From a virus (lineage: Duplodnaviria; Caudoviricetes): a DNA stretch of 42,726 nucleotides. A program made the translations under genes and the position numbers. Shown one piece after another: positions 8,890-17,878 of this stretch. The stretch covers positions 1 to 42,726 of the IMG/VR virus record IMGVR_UViG_3300005323_000364, one strand, 5' to 3'. Below the pieces are notes generated by a model. It ran no database searches, was not told where the DNA came from, and saw only the letters and a list, made by a program, of their open reading frames with translations. The first letter of the stretch is position 1; each line of letters begins with the position of its first letter.

Positions 8890-9107
8890 GCTTCACTTCG
8901 TTGCGCGACGACTTGCTCCGCAATCGTCACTTTCGGTTTCCGTCCACACTTCAGTCGTGTAATAGTCTTTGCATCTTCGAGTCGAATAAGATATCGATTT
9001 CCATCCCAGGTAGAAGGAATGTTACCGTTCTTACATCGCATCTTAATTGACGACCAACAGATGCCCGTGAGATTCGATACTTCTCTCGTTGTAAGATATT
9101 CGTTCAT
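8628..9107 (-). CDS. Excisionase/MerR-like HTH DNA-binding protein (3' part overlaps the DUF1064 gene)
   Basis: YLTTREVSNLTG...IKMRCKNGNIP...GNRYLI HTH_17-like pattern; ATGA coupling to the upstream gene. Confidence 0.7.
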   Translation of the reverse strand: MNEYLTTREVSNLTGICWSSIKMRCKNGNIPSTWDGNRYLIRLEDAKTITRLKCGRKPKVTIAEQVVAQRSEACREHTNPVESRSMVTSKSNSTDIPSTHSENETITSNTNSIRKSLTSLFTRAMNSLRNTSMPKESRDEPSTTLLTSWSRTGTVEKRW

Positions 9108-9664
9108 GTTGTCGCCTTCTTGAACTCTGCGTATCGTCGCATTATCGTCAGATTCCTACCACGTTCCGCAGCGGGGTTGATGCCTCCCTGGAGCGATTTG
9201 GGGAGTTCCTTATCGGGATCGATTGCACCTGCGAGATGGCACCGCTTGATGCGACGTGCCGCACTTCTCGCAACACCGTCCGTATATCCCTGCTTGGTTT
9301 GCCAGATGTAGAAGTCGTAATACTCTGGGGCGAGTGGTTCGGGGTGATTCCCCGATTGTCGCATGGTGACATTACGTGCCTTCAGGACACGTTCGACACC
9401 ATGCTTCGACTTGAGTCCGAATCGACGGGCGATTGCTGTCATGGACAGTTCCTCTACCTCATAGAGTCGCACCACTTCGGGTTCGTCGTCTTCGGGGATT
9501 CCGGGAGCATTCTTCGATGTACCATACCACCGGGATATCGACTTGATCGCGTTCTTCGTCAGTCCGTATCGCTGCTGAATTACTTCGACTGGAACCTTTG
9601 CCGCATAGTCCCGTGCAACCGCCGCGTTATCTGTGAAGATTGCGGGATGACAGATTGTGGTCAT
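9104..9664 (-). CDS. Tandem HTH-containing protein
   Basis: VEVIQQRYGLTKNAI and LYEVEELSMTAIARRFG...VERVLKARNV segments. Confidence 0.65.
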   Translation of the reverse strand: MTTICHPAIFTDNAAVARDYAAKVPVEVIQQRYGLTKNAIKSISRWYGTSKNAPGIPEDDEPEVVRLYEVEELSMTAIARRFGLKSKHGVERVLKARNVTMRQSGNHPEPLAPEYYDFYIWQTKQGYTDGVARSAARRIKRCHLAGAIDPDKELPKSLQGGINPAAERGRNLTIMRRYAEFKKATT

Positions 9665-10005
9665 CAGCGCGCCTCCTTCTGGACGATGCGAATCAGCGTT
9701 ACCGGGCCCTGATCGCTCCAGACCGGCTCAAGGCTACCGATCTCATCGTCGAATTCGTCGGACCGGATAACATGGTAATCGTCGGTGTGATCGATCTCGA
9801 TGGCGTCGACCCCCTCCCGCCCCTTCAGCGCATCGACCAGGGCAGCGGTGTCGACGGTCGACAGGTCGACGGTTGGCGCGAGGTCGAACTCGCCTGTGCG
9901 CATCCTGTTGTACACGGCCATGAGATCGTGACCACAGATCTTCTGATTCAAGTCGATGTTCCCGATTGCCTCCATCACCTTTTCCTTATCGAGCGCGGGT
10001 GTCAT
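9664..10005 (-). CDS. Hypothetical acidic protein
   Basis: Start placed at MTPALDKE (ATGA overlap, GGAG SD); DLSTVDTAALVDALKGREGV motif. Confidence 0.6.
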   Translation of the reverse strand: MTPALDKEKVMEAIGNIDLNQKICGHDLMAVYNRMRTGEFDLAPTVDLSTVDTAALVDALKGREGVDAIEIDHTDDYHVIRSDEFDDEIGSLEPVWSDQGPVTLIRIVQKEAR

Positions 10006-10132
10006 TCTACCATCTCCTTCTTCACACATGGTCCCATCTTCCATGCAACCGGACATGCACCACCGGAGAGTCGACACCAGGACGCCCCCCGTTCTCCGTA
10101 TCGGTGGGGACAGGTAACCCAATCGTCATCGT

Positions 10133-10651
10133 TCATTCCAGAAACCTCATGATCTGTTCGATTCTCTCTTCGGTTGATCCCTTTATCGGTATGACATTCT
10201 TTCCACATTGCTCAAGATCGCGACATCGCTCCCGGAGCAGGTCATACACGAATGACTGTTGCAGAGGATCGGTGTCCCTCACACCGTTGTCTTCGAGGTT
10301 GAAGTATTCATCAACGAAGAACAGATGCGTATATCGCTTCCTCGCCACGTAAGAATCGACAAAGTTCATGACATTCATATTGAGAGTGGGCGTGGAACCG
10401 TTCTTACACGCCCAGTAATAGTAATACGCCCAGTTATCGTAGACCGTTCTGTCGCTCACGAACTCCGAATACGGCATCTCGGACTTCACCTGGTTGAACA
10501 GGATGTCGAGTTGGGTTCCAATCGACGCTCTCTTCTCTTTTGGAATGGTTGCGGCGATCTCCGATATGAGCGGGAGTTCGAGTCTGTGCGCCAGTTCTGT
10601 TGCGAGAGTTGTCTTTCCCGCGCAGTGTGTTCCCATGATTCCGATTCTCAT
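10133..10651 (-). CDS. AAA_28 / NadR-like P-loop NTPase (possible nucleotide kinase)
   Basis: MRIGIMGTHCAGKTTLA Walker A, SDRTVYD, LEDNGVR and IKGSTEERI motifs. Confidence 0.85.
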   Translation of the reverse strand: MRIGIMGTHCAGKTTLATELAHRLELPLISEIAATIPKEKRASIGTQLDILFNQVKSEMPYSEFVSDRTVYDNWAYYYYWACKNGSTPTLNMNVMNFVDSYVARKRYTHLFFVDEYFNLEDNGVRDTDPLQQSFVYDLLRERCRDLEQCGKNVIPIKGSTEERIEQIMRFLE

Positions 10652-10965
10652 TCACATTCCTCGGCGTCGTATAACACGTCGTCGTCGGGAATATCGGATC
10701 GCCGTCTGTAATTAGGGTTACCACTCTTCACCGCGATGATCCGCCTATTGTTTCTATTGTCCGTGTAATAATACCCAAATTCAGTATAATGTCCCGGATC
10801 ATCTGACGGTTGGTAACGTTTGTGCAACACGTTATTTGCAAATATCACATGTCCAACACGATCCGTGGTAAGATCTGGATACGTATCTTGAACATTTGTC
10901 CGGCATTTGTCGACATTTAATGTGTTATCTCGGTTCGTTTCCGTCATATACTCCCATATACCCAT
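10648..10965 (-). CDS. Hypothetical protein
   Basis: Start placed at MGIWEY after a GGGGGT SD. Confidence 0.55.
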   Translation of the reverse strand: MGIWEYMTETNRDNTLNVDKCRTNVQDTYPDLTTDRVGHVIFANNVLHKRYQPSDDPGHYTEFGYYYTDNRNNRRIIAVKSGNPNYRRRSDIPDDDVLYDAEECE

Positions 10966-11079
10966 ATTATACCCCCTTTCGCTGTAGATATTTCTCAAAT
11001 AACGGGAAAATGACGCATACAAATCCCATTATCATGACTGTAACGAAGACAACCATGCCAATAGCGTCTGTAAACAGCA

Positions 11080-11313
11080 TTAAAACCTCTGATATACGTC
11101 GATTGATACGTCTCCACGTCCATTTTCGAGGCAATTCTTACAACTTCCGCGAATATGACGCACTTTTCGATACTCCATGTTATCGTTTTCGAGTCTCTGG
11201 AGCGTTACCTGCTCTAGATTTACTCCGGTTGCATGACAAATCGGACACGAAATGTGGGAGGAGAGTGCCTCCAGGGTATATTCACTCATATATTTCGGTT
11301 TCCGACTCACCAT
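11080..11313 (-). CDS. Zn-ribbon microprotein
   Basis: CPIC...CKNC. Confidence 0.55.
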   Translation of the reverse strand: MVSRKPKYMSEYTLEALSSHISCPICHATGVNLEQVTLQRLENDNMEYRKVRHIRGSCKNCLENGRGDVSIDVYQRF

Positions 11314-11528
11314 TCGTCACTCACAACAGTGTTTCCGTCGTCATCGACATAACAGGTGTGAACCCGCTCTCCCTTCTTCAGTTTCACGGGTTCCGGGTCG
11401 GGGGTTTCAACCATCTTGGTGTTGGCTTCCCAACCCCGCCATCCACAGGACTGACATACGGCGCGGTTTCCGTTCTCAATCAGCATCGTTCCCTCTCTGT
11501 CGCAGTTTGGACATGTGTAAATCTTCAT
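11307..11528 (-). CDS. Zn-ribbon microprotein
   Basis: CPNC...CQSCG; ATGA coupling. Confidence 0.6.
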   Translation of the reverse strand: MKIYTCPNCDREGTMLIENGNRAVCQSCGWRGWEANTKMVETPDPEPVKLKKGERVHTCYVDDDGNTVVSDEW

Positions 11529-11887
11529 AATGTCTCTCCTTCTCTGAATTTCTCGTAGTTATCATCCGATTCGTGTGCCTTGAGTATCTGTCGGAGATAC
11601 GCGGCGCTGTCGTTCTCCTGCTCAAGGATCTGTTGCTTTCTCGCTTCTACCATTGCTTCAATTGCCGGATCACCTTCAAAATCCTTGATCTTCACCTGTT
11701 CCTGATCGTCAATGAACCTACAGATGAACTTGTAATACTCCTTAATCGCTTTCGCTTTGGTGAGTCCGAATGAGAACTCACTGTTCGAACGTCCATACGG
11801 AATACAACAGAGAATGCCGTATTTTCCGGCATTACGCACCTCAGGATGGTCAATCTTCCGTGTCTCTTTCTTAGGAAATCCCGCCAT
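11525..11887 (-). CDS. Hypothetical protein (FSFGLTKAKAI motif)
   Basis: Start placed at MAGFPKK just after the dcd stop, GAGGT SD. Confidence 0.6.
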   Translation of the reverse strand: MAGFPKKETRKIDHPEVRNAGKYGILCCIPYGRSNSEFSFGLTKAKAIKEYYKFICRFIDDQEQVKIKDFEGDPAIEAMVEARKQQILEQENDSAAYLRQILKAHESDDNYEKFREGETL

Positions 11888-11889
11888 GT

Positions 11890-12432
11890 TTACGCAAACC
11901 TCGCACCATACTTGCTCGGGGTTGGTCCTGTCTGATATTGATACTTCGATCCGCGTTCGACACCATAGGGGTTCTTGCAGTGCTCTGTCTGGAAGAACAC
12001 AATCTGTCCGACAGACATCCCCTCTCGAAGAACGATAGGGCGTGTTCCCTGGTTGTATATCTCTAAGGTGATCTGTCCCGAGAAACCGGCATCGATCCAA
12101 CCACCAGTGCAGTGAATGGAGAGTCCATCTCTCGCCAGACTTGACTTCCCCTCAATACACGCTACAACGTCGTCAGGGAGTTTTATCGTCTCTCTGGTTG
12201 ACGCTAAACCGAATGCATGGGGTTTGAGACATCCTCCGTTCACAGCAACGGACATATACGCTCTGTTGTCAGATTCGGGGTCGAGAACACCGTCCTGAAC
12301 ATCGAACAATATCTCGTTCCCGAGTGTGATGTCGTATGAGTTCGGTTGGACGTTTGACGAGATGAACGGATCGATACCGATCCACTCTGACTCCACGGCA
12401 TTAACGATCTGCCAGTCTACGAGAACCGTCAT
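11890..12432 (-). CDS. dcd: dCTP deaminase (trimeric dUTPase superfamily)
   Basis: VQPNSYDITLG, IEGKSSLARDGL, GWIDAGFSGQITLE and SKYQYQTGPTPS motifs; start MTVLVD by ATGA overlap. Confidence 0.93.
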   Translation of the reverse strand: MTVLVDWQIVNAVESEWIGIDPFISSNVQPNSYDITLGNEILFDVQDGVLDPESDNRAYMSVAVNGGCLKPHAFGLASTRETIKLPDDVVACIEGKSSLARDGLSIHCTGGWIDAGFSGQITLEIYNQGTRPIVLREGMSVGQIVFFQTEHCKNPYGVERGSKYQYQTGPTPSKYGARFA

Positions 12433-12629
12433 CGCTGTGGTACCCCACCATATGGACATTGTGTATCAGGATACATCTCCTCGACCTTTGTCCATCTCTT
12501 CTCAAAGAGGCAACATGGGATATATTTCACGCCACACATTACAGTCGATCCGCCCTGTTTCTCCGAAAAGTAACATGCGTATTGATATTTACACCGCTTG
12601 TCGCTTGGAACTGTCAACTCTTCCGTCAC
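12429..12629 (-). CDS. Cys-rich microprotein
   Basis: Tiled with ATGA overlaps on both sides. Confidence 0.55.
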   Translation of the reverse strand: MTEELTVPSDKRCKYQYACYFSEKQGGSTVMCGVKYIPCCLFEKRWTKVEEMYPDTQCPYGGVPQR

Positions 12630-12976
12630 TTGATCATCTCTCCCGTCACTGCGTCGTACCGGGTTCGATCCTTCAACTCCTGTCTCTTCGCGTTGTTAAA
12701 TCCCTCCACAGCATTGAGATATCCGGTTATCCTGGAGATTCCTTCAACGTCGTGACACCCACACTCGGGACACATGACATGTCCACAGACGTCACAGAAC
12801 GCGATTGTTTCATGGATCGTCTTCGCACAGTGACACGGGACGTCCTTCTCGCAGTGCGATTCGAGATTGTTGGAACCACAGTCGGGACAGGTTTCGTTCT
12901 TGTCAGGGAAATACCCGAGGAAACAGTCTAAACACTTCTTCAAAGTGACCACCTGGGAATGTTGTGTTGAAACCAC
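12626..12976 (-). CDS. Stand-alone NrdD C-terminal domain (Zn ribbons plus glycyl-radical loop)
   Basis: CPECGCHDVEGISRITGYL...FNNAKRQELKDR matches the class III RNR C-terminus; only 116 aa. Confidence 0.85.
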   Translation of the reverse strand: MVSTQHSQVVTLKKCLDCFLGYFPDKNETCPDCGSNNLESHCEKDVPCHCAKTIHETIAFCDVCGHVMCPECGCHDVEGISRITGYLNAVEGFNNAKRQELKDRTRYDAVTGEMIK

Positions 12977-13167
12977 GCGATCTCAGTATATATATCGTCC
13001 CACTCGTAATCTTTATCGACAACCCATTCGGACAGATTTACGGAGAATTTCGACAATCGTTGTCCCGCCGATCTCCACGCCCCCCAATCATCGAACCAGA
13101 TCGTATAATGCGGTTCGACTGTCTTGATCTCCTTCTTGCACCGCAGACACTCCCTGACGGTTTCCAT
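12940..13167 (-). CDS. Hypothetical protein
   Basis: Start placed at METVREC after a GGTGA SD; CLRC motif. Confidence 0.5.
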   Translation of the reverse strand: METVRECLRCKKEIKTVEPHYTIWFDDWGAWRSAGQRLSKFSVNLSEWVVDKDYEWDDIYTEIAWFQHNIPRWSL

Positions 13168-13322
13168 TTCAGTCACCGTCTCCTGTCCAGTCGAACGTTC
13201 CGCGTTCAAGTTCCCGAATAATTGCACCAACTGTATAGGCTGAGATTACGTTTGGTTGATCGAAGTATAATTTCTCTCGCGCCACCAACCAATCAAGTAA
13301 CTTCTGCTTCTCGATATATGCA

Positions 13323-13613
13323 CTAATTGTCATCGCCCTTGCCGAGTCCGTATTTGTCTATGACATGCTGCATGAACTCTCGCTTGGTTTCAACGGATTC
13401 TGTCCATACAGAGTCTTCCTTCTCAACACCGTCGAATCGCCCTGTGTTTCTCAGGTATGTGATGTGACATTTGGTGTTGTTGTAGGGGCGATGGAGACAC
13501 CGAGCAATCTCCGCCATTGTCTTCTTTCCCGTAGGAAAGTGACGCATGATGAAGGCGTCCTCCCAGTCGTCCCAGTCAACTCGCTCTGCGCGCTTACGTT
13601 TCTTTTCAGTCAT
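13323..13613 (-). CDS. Myb/SANT-like HTH protein
   Basis: WDDWEDAFIMRHF...MAEIARCLHRPYNN pattern. Confidence 0.7.
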   Translation of the reverse strand: MTEKKRKRAERVDWDDWEDAFIMRHFPTGKKTMAEIARCLHRPYNNTKCHITYLRNTGRFDGVEKEDSVWTESVETKREFMQHVIDKYGLGKGDDN

Positions 13614-13815
13614 GTAACTTTGGCACCGCGTTGCTTACAATGTTCCACACCCGGATTGCGTCTGATTTACTCAGAGCAATGGCACCTTTGGCACCACAGT
13701 CAGGACACCAAACATACCACACCGGAGCATTGCCCTTGAACAGCGACGTCGTGTTAATGTGGGAATAGTCAGTTCCACAATTTTTCCCACCACAAAACAT
13801 ACACTCTTCGATCAT
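13606..13815 (-). CDS. Lar-like (restriction alleviation) Zn-ribbon protein
   Basis: CMFCGG...WYVWCPDCGAKG...DAIRVWN pattern. Confidence 0.7.
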   Translation of the reverse strand: MIEECMFCGGKNCGTDYSHINTTSLFKGNAPVWYVWCPDCGAKGAIALSKSDAIRVWNIVSNAVPKLHD

Positions 13816-13974
13816 TTCAATCACCAGTGAGTCAGCATATAGGCGATACCAACTGTACACGCCGTTGGAATTGCAACGATAAACCAGAGCAATGCAGCAT
13901 CGATCCAGTCCATCTCTCCGCGTTCATTCATGATCGTTCTCCTCTGAGAACATCGACGTTCACGCAGTGAACAG

Positions 13975-14127
13975 TCATGCGTCTTCACCGTACATAGCAA
14001 TGAGTTTCATAATAACCGCGCTGATGGTTTTACAGTCAGAAAACCTGACATCGTTCTCCTTCAGATCCGCGAGAGTGCGGTATGTCGCGCTCTTGAGGGT
14101 AATCTGTGTGTAGGTGTCACTTACCAT
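13975..14127 (-). CDS. Small RHH-like DNA-binding protein (50 aa; not in the ORF track)
   Basis: Hand-translated MVSDTYTQITLKSATYRTLADLKE...TISAVIMKLI; GGAG SD. Confidence 0.55.
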   Translation of the reverse strand: MVSDTYTQITLKSATYRTLADLKENDVRFSDCKTISAVIMKLIAMYGEDA

Positions 14128-14141
14128 AACATAACTCCAAA

Positions 14142-14381
14142 CTAATATGATTCATGATCCGTCCAACTGTATTGCGACAATGATAATAGCGGCACGATAT
14201 ATCGCTTTAAACGAGGCACACATTCTCTGTGACAGTTTCCTTTAAACTCTCCAAGCATGTTATACGCCCAAACGCTAGTGTATGGTTCTCCTTTAACCAT
14301 AGGTTTTCCACACCGATAACACTCATCTGGCGGATACACATCAGTGTAACAATTTTTGTGGATTATCCTGCTCCTATCCAT
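14142..14381 (-). CDS. Zn-finger hypothetical protein, first gene of the middle operon
   Basis: CYRCG...CHREC; leaderless start about 25 nt from a TTAAATA box. Confidence 0.6.
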   Translation of the reverse strand: MDRSRIIHKNCYTDVYPPDECYRCGKPMVKGEPYTSVWAYNMLGEFKGNCHRECVPRLKRYIVPLLSLSQYSWTDHESY

Positions 14382-14458
14382 GTATAGTAGTAGGTTAAAC
14401 CACTATTTAACCCATATGTTTCGATTTTATTATATAATTATGGGAATAACATAACTCT
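14382..14458. promoter_or_regulatory. Divergent archaeal promoters (middle versus late operon)
   Basis: TTATATAA at ~14430 about 25 nt before ATG 14459; minus-strand TTAAATAG at 14403-14410 about 25 nt before ATG 14381. Confidence 0.65.
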
Positions 14459-14968
14459 ATGGAGATTTTCGATAACAAAGATCCAGAGGAGATACGCTCT
14501 ATTTACGAGGAGACAATTGACCTGAGAATCAGGTGTGATGATACATGCGAGTTCTTCTCAGTGTGTCCTCTTAAGAAGTTCAGTGCAGGGGGAAAGCGAT
14601 GTGTTGCACAGAACCTCGACGTAACGGAACGCATGAGGATGATCAACCTGTTCTTCATGGGAGAAGAGGGATTACGGTTCGAAGTTCTGCGCGCGATCTA
14701 CACATATGCACGCATTACCGATCTCGAAGGTGACCCGCGCGCGCTCTTACAATATATCGACATTCTCATGAAGGCGACGAAGACGTATTACGGGAACAAA
14801 CAGAAACCCGAGGGGAAGGCACCGGACATGGATATCAAGATCCTGACGGTGAAGGACATCTCCCCGAATACCCCGTGTCTCGTTCTTCCCGGTGCCGATC
14901 CGGAATCGCTGATGGACTCTCCGATTATCGATGAAATCATGGAAGAACGGCGCAACCGGGAGGAATAA
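14459..14968 (+). CDS. Hypothetical protein, possible terminase small subunit
   Basis: First late gene, two genes upstream of TerL; Cys cluster; assignment is positional only. Confidence 0.5.
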   Translation: MEIFDNKDPEEIRSIYEETIDLRIRCDDTCEFFSVCPLKKFSAGGKRCVAQNLDVTERMRMINLFFMGEEGLRFEVLRAIYTYARITDLEGDPRALLQYIDILMKATKTYYGNKQKPEGKAPDMDIKILTVKDISPNTPCLVLPGADPESLMDSPIIDEIMEERRNREE

Positions 14969-14969
14969 T

Positions 14970-15170
14970 ATGGACGAATATACCCGCATACTGGAACGGG
15001 CGGCGAACGACACCGCTGATGTGCGGGACGACATCCCCGAAGAGTGTGCAGAATGCCCCCTCTACATGCGTCACTTGGAACACAACACTGGTAATGGTCG
15101 GTTCTTCTGCGAGTATTGTTACGTTGTCCCGTGGCATCCAAGATACCCTGCTAAAATGTGTAGGTGCTGA
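14970..15170 (+). CDS. Zn-binding microprotein
   Basis: CAEC...CEYC; GGAGG SD. Confidence 0.55.
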   Translation: MDEYTRILERAANDTADVRDDIPEECAECPLYMRHLEHNTGNGRFFCEYCYVVPWHPRYPAKMCRC

Positions 15171-16517
15171 GTGGCGCTTGAGTTATCCTTTCACCCTCTC
15201 CAGCAGAAGATATACAACGACGCCCGCCGGTTCAAGGTGATCTCCTGTGGGCGTCGTTTCGGCAAGTCGATATACGCTTCACAGGTAGCGATCATCGAGG
15301 GGTTGCGACGGAAGAACGGGGAGATCATCCTTGTCTCACCCACATTCTCACAGACGCAGATCATCTACAACATGATCATGAAGCGTCTTCCCGAGCAATA
15401 CATCAAGTCTCGATCTGTCGCTGAGAAGTATGTGGAACTCGTCTCGGGAACGCGCATCTACGCGAAGTCCGGTGACAATCCTGACTCCATGCGAGGGTAT
15501 GGTCCTTTCCTCGTCATCCTCGATGAAGCGGCGATGCTGAAAGAAGAGGTGTGGAAAGAGGTTCTTCGTCCTGCACTGGCCGACAACAAGGGTTCGGCAA
15601 TCATCATTTCGACACCGAAGGGAAAGAACTGGTTCTACGAGATCTTCCAGAACGGACTCTCCGACGATCCACAATACGCCGATTACGCGGCGTATCAGTA
15701 CTCATCCTACGACAACCCGTTCCTGGACCCGAAGGAACTTGACGAGATGGCGATGAACCTCCCGGAGATTGTCTACAACCAGGAGATTCAGGCACAGTTC
15801 ATTGAGGGTGGCGGTGTTGTCTTCAGAACGTTCACGGAAGTCCTGAGAGACTGTCTGGATGGTCCTGACGACGACATGGATTACGTAGGAGGCGCTGATC
15901 TAGGACGAAGAGAGGATTTCACCGTTATCTCCATTATGAAGCGGAGAACGCGGGAGATCGTCTATCTGGAGCGGTTCAACAAACTCGACTGGGACTACAT
16001 CAAGTCGCGCGTGACGAGCGTGTCGAAGATGTATAACAATGCAACCATCTTCCTCGATTCGACTGGTATGGGCGATCCTGTATACGAGGACTTGGCGAAG
16101 CAGGGTGTCAACGTTCGTGGTGTGAAGATCAGTTCATCGTCCAAACCCACCATGATCAATGCACTCTCGATCATGATCGAGAACAAGCAGATATGGTTGC
16201 CGAACGACAACGAACTGAAGAAGGAGTTCCAGTCCTACACCTATACGCTCACACCCGAAGGCAATGTGAAGTATGGCGCACCACCGGGGATGCATGATGA
16301 TATCGTTATGTCCATTGCATTGCTCGCCTACGGCGTTCACTGTTACACGGAGTGTGTCGGTATGATCGAACCTGAACCAGTTGAAGAAGAAGACTACTGG
16401 AACGAAGAGGAAGAGAACTTTGTCGACTGGGAGGAGGACGTTGAACGCATTGACGACATCCCCCAACCGAAGTGGAAACCTCTAGGGTTTCGTAATCTCG
16501 CGCGAGACGAAACGTGA
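15171..16517 (+). CDS. terL: Terminase large subunit
   Basis: GRRFGKS Walker A, ILDEAA Walker B, ISTPKG, GADLG RNase-H motif and HDDIVMS. Confidence 0.96.
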   Translation: MALELSFHPLQQKIYNDARRFKVISCGRRFGKSIYASQVAIIEGLRRKNGEIILVSPTFSQTQIIYNMIMKRLPEQYIKSRSVAEKYVELVSGTRIYAKSGDNPDSMRGYGPFLVILDEAAMLKEEVWKEVLRPALADNKGSAIIISTPKGKNWFYEIFQNGLSDDPQYADYAAYQYSSYDNPFLDPKELDEMAMNLPEIVYNQEIQAQFIEGGGVVFRTFTEVLRDCLDGPDDDMDYVGGADLGRREDFTVISIMKRRTREIVYLERFNKLDWDYIKSRVTSVSKMYNNATIFLDSTGMGDPVYEDLAKQGVNVRGVKISSSSKPTMINALSIMIENKQIWLPNDNELKKEFQSYTYTLTPEGNVKYGAPPGMHDDIVMSIALLAYGVHCYTECVGMIEPEPVEEEDYWNEEEENFVDWEEDVERIDDIPQPKWKPLGFRNLARDET

Positions 16518-16766
16518 TGTATCGGACACAACTTCTTTTGTTGCCGTCTCTCGGTTGATGGGAACAGTTCGCAGGTCACCCCCACGGTTCATGTAGATGA
16601 TCCAGAACGGATCACTGATCTCTTTCGTCATGCTCCGTTTCACTCCGCGACATTCACTGCGTGAATTGTCATACATGTGCAATAGCGTATAATATAATAA
16701 ACATTTCGATTTAATCCTCAGGAACAAATCGGAACTATAATATCCTCTGTGTATGAAACTATTGTA

Positions 16767-16919
16767 ATGCCTGAAGTCGAATCTAAAAAAGTCTGTCCTT
16801 TTGTGGATCGGTTCTGTGCTGAAGAACTGTGCAGGGCGTGGTCGTCGTATCTATATGATGACCGTGGCGAATGGAAAACTCGGATGTATTGTAAAGCATT
16901 AGAGAGGAACATCCGATGA
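16767..16919 (+). CDS. Cys-rich microprotein (50 aa; not in the ORF track)
   Basis: Hand-translated MPEVESKKVCPFVDRFCAEELCRAW...YCKAL; ATGA-coupled to the next gene. Confidence 0.55.
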   Translation: MPEVESKKVCPFVDRFCAEELCRAWSSYLYDDRGEWKTRMYCKALERNIR

Positions 16920-17659
16920 GTTCCCGTATTATCATCGTGGGCGACACCCATTACGGTTCGAACTTCGCGCCCCGCAAAAACGCGACAAATCCTCTTCAAC
17001 AGGAACTCTGGACTGCCTGGGAAGAGATGGTGGATGATGTCGGAAAAGTCGATGTCGTCATCGCCAATGGGGATCTCTGCGAAGGACCAGATCCGAAGTC
17101 GAATGGACTGGGATGCTGGACAACCGACCTGAACGAACAGGTGAAGGGTGCTGCGGACATGCTGAAGATGATCCATTGCACCCCCAAGAACTTCTACGGG
17201 ACCCAGGGTAGCGCCTACCATGTGGGTTCCAACCCCTCCCTGGATCAGTTGACACTTGACATGGTTGGTGGCAATTGGAACCCTTACATCGCGTTGGTAA
17301 TCGATGGAAATCGCTTCTTTTTCAACCACAACGGGGGAGCAGCACGAAAGCAGGGGAATCGGGCGGGTTCTTTATATAGACACATTATCGCGTCTATGTT
17401 GAACGCGCCTGCCTTTGGAGACTACCGATTCTTAGCATTCAACCACGGGCACTACTTTGCTGAAGTCCATGCAAACGACCACATTGCCGTGAACACCCCC
17501 GGTTGGAAGGGGATTGACACCTTCATCGGGACGAGAGGGGTTCCCGACGCCCCGGACATTGGATATGTTATCGTTGACGTGAAGGGGAGCGATATCAACG
17601 TAGCGAGTGCATCGAGGACACAGAGCAGGGAGTATATCTTCAAGGAGTTCGTGGTATAA
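16916..17659 (+). CDS. Calcineurin-like metallophosphoesterase
   Basis: GDTHYG, NGDLCEG, GSAYH, NH and NHGH motifs. Confidence 0.85.
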   Translation: MSSRIIIVGDTHYGSNFAPRKNATNPLQQELWTAWEEMVDDVGKVDVVIANGDLCEGPDPKSNGLGCWTTDLNEQVKGAADMLKMIHCTPKNFYGTQGSAYHVGSNPSLDQLTLDMVGGNWNPYIALVIDGNRFFFNHNGGAARKQGNRAGSLYRHIIASMLNAPAFGDYRFLAFNHGHYFAEVHANDHIAVNTPGWKGIDTFIGTRGVPDAPDIGYVIVDVKGSDINVASASRTQSREYIFKEFVV

Positions 17660-17878
17660 AAGACGAGAGGGGGAAAGAAGATGAGAAAACCCCTCTCAGC
17701 ACGCAACCAGCAAATGCCAATATTCAGACTACAATACACCGCGCCCTGTTGAAGCAACACCGAAACAACAGAGGCATATTACACTACCACTTCTACGATA
17801 ATAAGCGTTTCTATTTGCTTTTCTCTCAATGAAGTATAATCATATAAATATATTACAATTTAAATAAGTATTACACAC

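Noticed and set aside
138-13739. Plus-strand ORFs over the left arm (e.g. 138-617, 9640-10152, 10896-11558, 12326-12931)
   Set aside because: Antisense to tightly tiled minus-strand genes that have SD sites and ATGA coupling
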